From contig CM052817.1 in NCBI GenBank assembly GCA_028534125.1, forward strand, positions 38,752,001-38,816,000: a DNA stretch of 64,000 nucleotides, written 5' to 3'. The DNA is from Lama glama. Lineage: Eukaryota. The position numbers were made by a program, and so were the translations under genes. Position 1 is the first letter of the stretch, and every line of letters begins with the position of its first letter. Below are positions 25,101 through 37,100 of the stretch, in pieces. The notes beneath the pieces were generated by a model that saw only the letters and a list, made by a program, of their open reading frames with translations, made no database searches and had not been told where the DNA came from.

Positions 25101-28100
25101 AGTTTTTAAATTTAGCTCCCTTATTCCACTTTAAAAGATTTTTCAGGTGTGTTCATTTAATGATGATAATAAGAATTAAAGGGTTGTGTTAGGATCAGGA
25201 GAAAAACTGACGATTTTGAAAAGGATTATTCTTCTTTTGAAGGTAAAGATGCAAAATCTGAAGGGATGATCCCATCTCCTGTGTCATTAGTGCCAGAGGA
25301 AAAGGTGTCATTTGGCCTCTATGCACTGTCTGTGTCCTCTCTAACAGTGGCAAGAATTCGGAAAGTGTACAACAAGTTGGACAGCAAAGCTATCGCCAAG
25401 CAGGTAAGCAGAATGATTTCCCAGTAAGCTGTGCCTGGTTCTCACTGGGAAGATGTGCCAGAGCTTCCCTGTGGGCACCACCCAAGTATGAGTGGTTGCT
25501 AAAAAACAGTGCCTTTCATGTATTGTTTTGGCTTCTGTGCCTTTGAACTTAAGCCAAAACTTATTTAGATATGTAGTTTAATTTGGAAAAGTTGAGAATT
25601 TCCTTCTAAGTGCATGGTTTATATTAAGTCCAGTATTTTTCTTGGCAATTAAGAAATTGAACTTTAGGAGACTAAAGGAAACAATTGCTGTTTTTTAAGG
25701 CTATAACTTTTTTCTGCATAACCTACTAAGTGCTGGACACCATTTTGTTCAGGACCCAGCAGTAGGTAATAAAGAGTAAAATTCTTGCCTTTATTAAGAT
25801 TCTTACATTCTAGTGGAAGAGACGGACAATAATAACTGAAGGAATAGCCTGGTCGTAGAGTGGGTTAGAGATGAAGAGTGCTACGTAGGAAAATACAGCA
25901 GGAAGGGGGAGAGAGAGAAGCTTACGGCTTTAGGTAGGATGGTCAGAGGAGGCCTCACTAAGAAGGTGTCAAGGCAGTGAACCATGAGTGTACGGAGAGT
26001 GGAATGTGTGTGTTACCCCAAAAGAAAAAGGAAAGAGACCCCAGTTCTTGTCATACTAGAAATAGAAGATTACCAATGGGAGATGGTGGGCGTTGTGTAG
26101 GGAACGAGTTTGTTTTTTAATTGAAGTACAGTCGGTGACAATGTGTCAGTTTCTGGTGTACAGCACTATGTCCCAGTCATGCATATACATACATGTATTC
26201 GTTTTCATATTTTTTTTCATTAAAGTGTAATTAGGAAAAGAAAAGTACACCTCCACGAATGGGAGACAGCTGATCCAAGGGGGAGAAAGCAGTGGTCTTT
26301 GTCTGCCCTTTTGTCTTATACCCTCGCTCTAGAGGTGGTCTTTTGATTGATTGATAGCTCTTGTCCCTGGAATGCTTAGCATGTTTGGCCCCTTTACGCG
26401 TGTCCTTACCCGTGGTGTACACAGAAAGACCCTTGGCGGGGGGTGGGGGGCCTAAATTGCAGTGGTAATTGTATCACAATGAACATTAGATCATGTTCGG
26501 TAGGGTCCTTCTCACTGCTCAACAGTTGGGGCTGTCAGGTTCTAACCGATTTCTTGGTGACTTAAAAGAAGTAAAGTCCTTGTACGCTGGAGGCGTGCAT
26601 CCCGCCGTCTTCTGGATCATCCTCCCTCTCCTCCACCTATCTGCCCAGTGTCCCCACTTATTTAACTACCTAACATATGTATGGGGCGGGGGGGCTTGCA
26701 TTCCAGGAGTGTAAGTGCTGAGGCCCCGAGGAAGTGCATGGCTGCCACAGAGGCACATGTGGCTCCAACAGAACAAGAGAAGGCCTGAGTAGCAGGCAAG
26801 GTCAAAGTGGAGTCACTTTTTCTGATTTGGAGAAAACTGTCAGAAGAGTAGTTGGGGAGTGAGGGGAATACTGAGAATTACGTTTTGCAAAAATTGAGAA
26901 GTGTATTAGACATCTTAGTGGAGATAACAGAGCCACTGGAAATACGAATCTGAGTTCAAGGGAAAGGTCTGAATGTCATGAGTGTTTGTACATGGTGTTT
27001 AAAGTCACGAGACTAGGTGCATTCACCGAACTGTAGATGTAGTTAGAGAGGAGGAAGGGTTTACAGGCTGGGCGTTCCAGTGGTGTGGAGCTGGGGAGGT
27101 GGCGAAGAACCAGCAGAGAACGCTAACTAAGCAGCCAGCAAGAAAGGAGAAAAACTAGGGTGTTGTAGAAATCAGTGATTCACTGTGGCAAATGTGTCAG
27201 AGCAGTCAAGAAAGATTAAGGCTGAGGACTGACCACTGGGTTTAGCAAGGTGGAAGTCATCCGTGAGCTTGACAAGTGGTTTTGGCTGATTAGGGGAGGC
27301 AAAGCCAGAGGGGAAGGAAATCAAGAGGCTGGAAGGAAACGATTTGGAAACAGTAAGTATTGACAAGCTCTTGTACAGAGCTTTGTCTGAATGTGTGTGT
27401 GTGTGTGTATACATTATATATACCTATATATATAATATGTGTATATAATCTTCTAAGGAACAAAAACTACATAAACTTAGTTCTACAGGTAGCAATAGAT
27501 TTAGTCTACAGATTATTTTTGCTTTAAAAGTGCATTGGGTATGTATGTGCAAAATTTAACATTCCTTTTATGTGGATGTGTTTTACCCATAAACTTGGAT
27601 AATTTATGTGACCTTTACTTGAATATGGAGTAAAGCAAGTATTATATTCACTAATCAGAAATACTGTGAGCAGGGAGTGATGAGAATCTTTAAACCACAA
27701 CAGTTTCATTCAGAAAGACCCCTGAAGCTGATTCCTGAGACCACTTCACCATCTTTCAGTAGATTGTATTTAACTTACTTCCTGTGAGTTTCCACACCTT
27801 TGGAAGTATTTGCACATTAAAAAAAATGAATGCTCGTGTTTTTAATATTCTAATAAGGAGAGAGTAAAGATAGGTCCTTTTTTCTTTTCGAATCAAAATG
27901 CTCAGACTGTTCCTCTATAGTTACATTGTTTTCCTTTCTTCTCCTTCAGTTAGGCATCTCCTCCCATGAGAACGCCACTCCCGTGAAGCTGATACACAAC
28001 TCAGCAGGACACCTTAATGGACCTGCGCGGACGATTGGGGCTACTCTGATTGGATACTTGGGTGAGTCAGGTAGATTTTGTCCTTTCAGACTTCTTTATT

Positions 28101-31100
28101 GATCTTCAAAGCTGCATTCACCTTCTTCGTTGAAGATGGTGTTTAAGTTTATATCCTGTGGTGCTGACCTGTAATGTTCTTTCAGTATTTAGAGATTAAT
28201 GTCAATCCCAGGCTCCAGACAACTTTAAAAATTACAACTTTTTATAAAATTCCGTTAACCTTTCCCCTCTTTTGTCAGCATGGATGAGCACTGACTGTAT
28301 ACTTCTATATAATTTCAAGGTAAATTTTATACTACATTTAGGGACAATTGTAAAGACTCAGAAATATTAATGATTGTTGTTGCTATATGGTTTGGTTGCC
28401 GTAGTGGTGGCACTCATGCTTCTGTTATTTGGAAATGAGCTAGAAATAAGAGCTTCGGAGTGTGAGCATGTGACTCCAACTATAATAAAAGTCAGAGCTG
28501 TAGAGCCTCATACTTGTCTGCTTCAAAAGATTTCTTTTTTGGGGGGGGTTAGCTAGAATGTTGAGGCATAACTCCATCAGGCTATCTAAAATTCAAAACT
28601 AGCAATTATGTATTTTAATGTTCAAATCAGTACATAATATTGGTTCCTTTTAAGATTAACGAAAAGTGTTGGGCCAGTCAGCATCCTACCTGTTCGCTAT
28701 CAGTCCTAGGCAACTTTTTTGTCCCAGGCATGTGCACATCTCCTAACTTTTTCTTTTTGACCATATTGTATTAATAAAAGTTTCCTTTATGCTAAGGCAC
28801 ATGGTAGTTTTTCTTTATTCAATTAAGCAAATATTTACTGAGCACTGACTGCTCTATGCCCTGTGCAGAGATACAGCAGTGTTGTGACACAGCAGGAAGA
28901 GCAGTGAATGAACAGCTCAGAGATTTAGGTTCTAACCCTTGTTGTGTCACTGGATTCATGCCAGACATTTGAGCTCTGGGGATGTCATTTTTCTTATCTA
29001 TAAACTAGTAGTTCTGGCCCTAATTACCTTAGAGGATTGTTTTCAAAATCCAGTGCCATACATATTACAGTATTGTGAATACTGCAAGCCACACAGAATA
29101 TAAAATGCATTATTTGCTTTATTTTTGAAAAGCTCAATCTTGATCAGTAGGCAAATGACATTCAAACATAGCCTTTAAAAAAGAGAAAAATAGGTTAGGA
29201 ATATACAGAGATGAATTTTTTTGTTTGTTTAATTGACACAAAGTTAGTTCCAGTACCTGTTCCCACATACTTCTGCTCTTCCAGGATCACTGATGTTCTG
29301 TTACTCAGACTGTGTAACTAAGAGCAGCTTTGAGCAGTGGTCAGTAATATGCTTTGTTTGGCTTTTCTGTAGGGTATGCTTCACCCCTGCCAGGTCGGCT
29401 TCCCCATCCCACTTCCCAGCTCGCAGAGTTGACGTGCTTTTGCCCTCCCCAAGCTTATTCTCCAACTGTACCTAGTAAGGCATTCTCCCTTTCCGCAGAA
29501 ATACATCCTCAGGGCCTCGGTCCTTGTGAGTCCGAATGCTGCCCAGGGCACATCGTGGAAGCATTGGTGCTTGCTCTCAAGCCCAGGTCTTCTCTGCTCG
29601 CTCCTTTGCTCCCAGTTCTTCTCTGAAAGTATATACATCAGCATTTACTGCCTTCCCCCAGATTCTACCTTGAATTTTTTTTTTCAAGAATTTCTCTTTT
29701 AGGCTAGAAGGATTTGGGGGGTTTCTTTTTTAAAGTATAATTTATAATTAATTAAATATTTCTTAAGATAATGTATTCAGTTCTTGTGTACAGTGGGGAA
29801 TCTATTTTAATTATTTTTCACTGTCTTTTAATCAGGAGTAAGAACATTTGTTCCTAAGCCTGTTGCCACTACTTTGCAGTACATTGGTGGAGCTGCAGCC
29901 CTCCTGGGCCTGGTGGCCATGGCCTCCGATGTGGAAGGGCTCTATGCTGCAGTCAAGGCCCTGGTTTGTGTGGTCAGGAGTAACCCACTAGCCAGCAAAG
30001 AAATGGAAAGAATCAAGGGCTACCAGGTTTGTAACCATAAAGCTTGGTCGTCACTTTACTTTGCATTAAAGATCTTCTAATTGTCATGGTTATTTGTTTT
30101 TCTCAAACTCAGAAAGAATTATACTGCCCAAGTAGACTTGAAAAGTTAGTAGTTTTTATTAAAAGTAACATTTCAAGTGAGAATGTGAGTTGTTTGTTAG
30201 TTTGGAGTTATTTTTCTCTGTGGAAATAGGGATTAAATGAAATGGGATCATGTTCCCACTGCTGTGGAGACTGCCAGGTTGGGAGGAGGTCCAGAGCCCT
30301 CCCGGTCCCCCTGGTCTCTCCCTCCACACCCAATCGTCCTTTACCCGCTTCCTTACTCAGCCATGTGAGAGCCACTGTGTGTTATGTGGTCCCGAAAACT
30401 CACATGCGACTGAAAATACGCAGTGTTCATCACTTACATCTCTACTAGGTTTAGGCAGAAGGCTGCTTATGAGAAGAGAAACAGGTATTTGGAGCAAGAT
30501 TAAATCCCTCTAGTGCAGATGAAGAGCAAATGCCTTCTCTGGCTTTAGCCTGAAGTTCATTGGCAGCAGATAAACTCTTTAGTGTTTTCTGTAGATTTAA
30601 TTACTCTATTCTGGTAAGTTTTATTTTACAAAACTTTCAAAATGATACTGCAGCACTGTTTATCATGAAAAAAATAGGAATAATCTAAATGTTCCAATAG
30701 TATGAGACTGACTGATAATACTATAACCATTTCCTATGATAAAATTATAATCATGGAGACAGTATTGCAAAAGAAAAATCCTTTTGATAAACTTCTGTAG
30801 AGAAAAAGAGTAGAAAATTGTATGCACATGATGACAACAACAATTTAAATGTTTATATGTAAATTGAAAGAGTTTATGTAAAAGTGGATATTTTTATAAT
30901 AGAATGATGGGATTAGCTGCTTTTCAGACTTTCTGTAATGCTATTTTATCATAATAAAAATTTAGAAATCAGTGTAGAAGTCTCAGGAATTGCTCTGCAT
31001 AGGGTTCTCCAGTGTGTGTGTGTGTGTGTGTGTGTGTCCGTAGGATGATTGATAAACAAACATTTGGTATTGCTTTCTTTTAGTTGCTGGCAATGCTGCT

Positions 31101-34100
31101 TAAGAAGAAACGTTCCCTTCTGAACAGCCACATTCTCCACCTGACTTTTTCCTTGGTGGGAACTGTTGACAGTGGACATGAGACCTCCATTATTCCAAAT
31201 TCAACTGCTTTCCAGGACCTACTTTGTGACTTTGAAGTATGTATAAGTACGCTAACTGGAAATATATAATCAATGAATCAATTTCTTATTCTGTATTATT
31301 GATAGAGTTAACTATTAAATAATCTTGTCTCTAAAACATGTTTATATTCTATGATTTTATGATGCTCATGTTAATGTCACTAGTAAGATGTATAAAATAA
31401 GGGTAGTAATGGGGTTCCTTCTCCCCAGAGATGTTTCATTTTACAAATATCATAGAAGTGAAACAGTGCATTGCATATACATAACTGTGGCCAATTCGCT
31501 GTTGCTGCTGGCATTATGAGAGGCAAACATATTTTCATCAAATAATTTTGATGGAAACTTTTCCTTAATAAATAGGAGTTAGACCTGAAATTTTAATTAC
31601 TAGTAGCTGTTTAGTAAAATACTCCTTTCACCAGAATAACAAGATTTTTATTTCTACTGTCTTATTACCGTAACAGCTTCCACTCTGTCTTCTCAGATCT
31701 CGCATATCTTTCTCCATTTGATTTCTTGTTTGCAACACTTTGCACACTCATCATTATATACTTTACTTTCGAGACTGTGAGATTGGAGGCTTGGGGAGTG
31801 CAGAAACCATGTCTGTCTTCACCTTTGTATCCTTAAGCACTCAGAGTGGTGCGCGGCACCTGATGTTTGCTGTGATGTGTGGCCGTAACTCTTCTTTGTA
31901 GCTTCTGTAAGCTCTGTCTTGTCAGTTATTTTAAATCTCTAACAAAGAGGCTGTGTGCCCTCATTGCTTTGCTGAAACTTTATTTGGAAGCGTATTAGCA
32001 GTCCTCTTGTAAATACAAATCCATGGCTTGTCCTCGGCTCTCGTACCCCCAGCTCTCAGTGGCACATGGCGCAGTTTGTTTCCCTCTTCTTGCATCTCTT
32101 AGTTCTTTGTTAGCTTTTGGGCATCACTCCCCTTGTTCTTTTATCTTTCTCACTGCTTTTCCTATAATTTTCTGATTATGGAATTTTCATTACTTTATAA
32201 AAGTGTCCATCTTCACTTCTTTATCTTTTCCTTTGTTGTCTTCTTTCCTTTAGATTCTCACCCAGGCCCATAGCCTCATCTCTACAGAGGCGACTCGCAA
32301 ATCTGAATTTTTATCTTGACATTCGAATTCCAGACTGACTTCTAACTTCTTCCTCAGCATTTCCATTTTTATGTCCCAGCAACACCTAAACCGAACTTAA
32401 CATCCTTCCCCAACTTAGTTCTTCCTTTTAACTTCTGTTTCTATTAATAATACCACCATTCCCCCATTCACTGAGGTGAAACTGAAAAATCAGCTTCCTC
32501 CTTCTGCACTGTTGATATAGTCCATATTAAGTCTGTAGATTCTGCTTCCACATTTCATGTAGTCTGTTTTCTGTTCCTCCTGCTACATCCTAACCCAAGC
32601 CCTAATCAGTTCTCCTAACTTATTAAGATACCAGTCACTTCTTTCTCCCTTTCCTATCCTGTGTGTTTTTTGACCTCATTCTTTCTAAGATGTAATCGTA
32701 TCCCTTATTCAAAAACTTCCAGTGATTTTTCTGCACAATAAAGTATACATTTCTCAGCTTGATAGTCAAAGTTCTGACAAACAAACCTCTCATTCTTTTA
32801 GAAAACAATTAATGAATAGATTTGAGCCAAGCACTGGATTAGGTGCTAAGGGTATGAAAATAAAGGAGAGTTGAGTCAATGCCTCAAGGCATTTGGTCCA
32901 TTAGAAGAGTGGAGCAAATAGACAATAAAAACTCGTGAAAGCACAGAGATAAAGGTATGTGCTAATTATTATGAGAGTACCAAGGAGATCTACTTAATAA
33001 GCCAAGCTTCGTTTTCATCTGGTAATTGATACGTTACCTTTAGTTTCAGATTTCTGACTAAAATTTAGTATACAAACATTGGAAGTTTAGTTGCTTTACA
33101 AAGTTTGGCTTCACTCTATCGTACCCTGCTCACTTTATGGCTTCAGATAGCATTCCTAGTAACCCCGAACTATAACAGTCAATAAATATTTAATTTACCC
33201 TATTTTTAGAACAGCCATTTGACAAATGTAAGTAAAATAACTGTAATAGCACCTAAGCATTTTCTTTTTTAGTGGTTGTTCTAGAAATTGCAATATACAT
33301 GTGAAACAATTCAGTCTGTCCTCAGGTACATGATACCACTTTATCGATAGTGTAAAAACCCTTGTAACCGTGTCCTTCCATTTCTCCTCCTGTCCTGTGT
33401 GCTACTGTTGTCATATGTTTTACTGTGTGTGTTTATAATCCCCACAATGCTTTGTATTATTTTTGTTTTAGATAGTCTATTATCTTTGAAAGGCATTAAA
33501 ATTATTTTATATTTGCCCACATACCACTGTTTATGGGCTTTTTTATTCCTTTGTGTAGAGCCAGATTTCCATCCTGTGATGAGTAGTGTGTCTGCCTGCA
33601 GAACTTGCTCTCACATTTCTTACAGTGCAGGTCTTTTGGTGATAAATACTCCCATCTGAAAAAGTGTTTTCCCTTCTTTTTTGAAAGATATTTTTGCATA
33701 GAATAGAGTTCAAGTTGATGGTTTTTATTCTTTTCATCCTTTGAAGATGTCAGTCTCTCCGTTGCCTGAATGTTTCTCCTGCCTGGGCTTTGTTGACCTT
33801 TTTAGGTCTGTGAGTTTGTCATTTTCATCAGGTGGGAAAATTTGTAGTCTTTATTTCTTCAATTGTTCCCCTCTCCCTCCCCCACCTGGGCACTCACCTC
33901 ACATGCACACCTTTTTTGGACTCCAGTTAAACATATTGTTTGATTTGTCCCACAAGTCACTAATGCTCTATCTAGCAATATCTTTTTTTAGTATTTTTTT
34001 CTCATGCTTCATTTTGAATAGTTTCTATTGTTATGTCTTTAAGTTTCCTGAATTTTTTTCTGCAGCATCTAATCTTCTGTTAGTCCCATCCAGTATGCTT

Positions 34101-37100
34101 TTCATTTTGGATATTTTACTTCTTGCCTGTAGAAGTTCATTTTGAATCTTGGTTATTTCTATCATTTTTCTCATCATGTTCATATTTTTGTTACATTCTT
34201 TAGCATATGGAGCATATTTAGTAGCTTTTTTTAAGGTCTCAATAATTCTATCATCTGTCATTTCTGGGCCTGTTAATAATGGTTGTTTTTTTCCTCCTAC
34301 TTATGGCTCGTGTTTTTCCTTTTTTTTTTTTTGGCATACTTGGTTAATTTTTGATTAGATACTAAATTTCACATTGCTGAGTGCCAAATTTTATTTTATT
34401 CTTTTAAAGAATATTAAGCTTTGCTCTGCCATTGCAGTTACATTGACACTTTTGAGACATGCTTTTAAGCCTTGTAGGGTGAGCTTTTAAAATTTTTAGT
34501 CTAGTGGTTATTTAGACCTACTACGAAGATATTACTTTTGAGACCTCTACCCAACTTTCCCACATATTATGAAGTCTCTACACTGGTTGGTGGGAGTGCA
34601 AACTGTTCTCAGCGCCTGTGAGTTCTAGGAATTGTTCGTTGTACTACTTTGCAATGGTTATTTCCAGTTTCGGACACACAGGAGATTCCTGCCATTCGGT
34701 TATTGTATTCAGCATATAGCATTCAGTATTCATTCTATTCAGTATATTGTATTCAGTAATTGTAATTAGTCATTGATTCCAGGGACATTTTCTATAGATC
34801 TTGCCTTTCTAGTTGGTTACTCTAGGAGGGTAATTTCCATAGCGATTATCCCTTTATGAACAGAACCAGCAGTCCTATATCCAAGCAGTTTTAGAGGGCT
34901 ACAACAAGTAAAAACTAATAAAGTGGTTACATTCATTTAATTATGTAAGTGGAATAAGTTCTGTGCACTGTTTGTGTTTGTTGGATTGGAATTTGGGGTA
35001 GTTTTTTAACCTTAAATATACTGTTCTTTATTTTGATTATAGGTCTGGCTCCATGCACCGTATGAACTTCATCTTTCCTTATTTGAACACTTTATTGAGC
35101 TGCTCACAGAGTCCAGGTATTAGTTAATACCTAAATAGTTGTTCGCTTACAGAAGAGATGCTAGTACAGTAGATAAAATCTTCTTTCTCTTACAGTGAAG
35201 CTTCAAAGAACGCCAAGTTAATGAGGGAATTCCAGCTAATCCCAAAGTTGTTACTGACTCTTCGAGATATGTCTTTATCCCAGCCTACCATCGCTGCCAT
35301 TAGTAACGTGCTGAGCTTCTTACTGCAGGGTTTTCCCAGCAGCAACGATCTGCTCAGGTAGTAAAAACTTACACGTTTTTCTGTCTGTTAACTGAAAGTA
35401 CCATTAAGGTTAAGATGATTGAGATGAATATAATTGGTTCCTATGCCTGCATAACATCTGTAAAGTTGATACTAGTCAAGATATTTAAAAGGCATGGAAA
35501 ATATGCACGTATCTTGCAAAGCCAATTGTTGTCACTAGTGAATAATAGAATTGGGGTGAGAAAAGGTGTTAGAATTAGCCCAATGAGACTGGTTGTCCTA
35601 GATATAAGAGTGTGCAGTATTAGGAATTCTTGGTCCCCAGCCCTCTTCCCCAAGCCTTGCTACTTCTCAGGTGTGTGCAGAAGCACGTACACACGCACTT
35701 GCATGCCCATAGGGAGCCTGCCGTGTGTTTTATATTTGTTCTCTATCCCCCTAACTAAGGGTGATATTTTATTGTTGTACATTCAAACCTGTTATATGAT
35801 GTGGCTATTATTTTGCTGCCAATGTGAAATGTGGCTTAAGGCATATTCATGGAGGGTCTGTAGACCTGTTCCAATAGTCACATGATGATCCTCATCTTAA
35901 CTGAAAATGGAAGGGAAAAAACTAACCAAGGTGTTTTCCAAGTAGAGAATTGCTTAAACTGGACTTAATCATTACCGTTCATGTAATCGCTCAGGTGTCA
36001 CAAGTGAAATCACACTTGATGACTGCAATACTCACAGCAAACTAATCTCTAATTGTTGTAACATGTAAGGTACTCACTTTTGTATTCAGTCACCTTGAAG
36101 GCATTCCCTCCCCACCTTAGGGGGTGGTCATTAGGCTTATTTATTTATTTTTTTTAGTGGAGGCACTGGGGATTGAACCCGGGACCTTATGCATGCTAAG
36201 CACGTGTTCTATCACTTGAGCTATACCCTCCCCCTTAACCTTGAAAGCATTGTTTTAACTTGGTGACAGATTTAAAACTGGAGTTTAAAATGTATTTTGG
36301 AGATTATCATTATTATTGGCAATATTTATTTAGCTCTTATGCTGGTACTATGATGATCACTTTGCTTAAATTATCACTGAGACCTATCAAGGTTTTTTAT
36401 TTTTCTCTATATTACAAACTAAGAAATTAAAAGTCCTAAGGGATTAAGCTACTTGCCCCAGGTAACATGGTTAAAAACTCATATTGCTAGGATTTCAACC
36501 TTACCTGTGTTTCCAAAACCCACGTCCTCAACTACTAGGCTACAGTGGATGCATATAGATAATGTTAGGACATTCTGATTTGGATCCTGCTGTGTGGTTT
36601 TTGAAATCATTTGGATTAGTGCATTCAAGGACTCATACTTCTGATGAGGTATATGTTTCCCCATATGTATTTTAAAACATTAGGAGAGAGAAAAAATACA
36701 ATCTGTAACCTCTTTTTTCTTGTATTTAAAGGTTTGGCCAGTTTATTTCTTCTACTTTACCAACCTTTGCAGTTTGTGAGAAATTTGTAGTTATGGAAAT
36801 AAACCATGAAGAGAAGCCTGACACTGGTGAGTCAGTTCTGGAGTTTGGAACCCAATTACCATGCCCTGTTTTCTTCTGGCACAAATTAGACCTGAATTAT
36901 ATGTGATACTATTATATTACTTTTCTCCTTAACATTACTTTTTTAGGTCTTTTTCAGATGCATTTGTCTTAGACCAAACTTCTACAATATGCAGAAATAC
37001 AGAATTACCTACACATTTAATAGGGTGTGGATTTACTTTAAAAATGAAATCTTGGCGGGGTTGGGGGATGGGGGTAGCTCAGTGGTAGAGTGCATGCCTA

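Larger units (their letters stand above)
25720..27390 (-). mobile_element. L2 LINE, interrupted by an LTR
   Basis: cctactaagtgctggacacc...cttacattctagtgg...ggtcagaggaggcctcact, resuming after the LTR with gcattccagg...gactgaccactgggtttagcaaggtggaagtca. Confidence 0.7.

Noticed and set aside
34031..34261. 76-aa minus-strand ORF with coiled-coil character
   Set aside because: Decayed L1 ORF1 remnant, not an independent gene.
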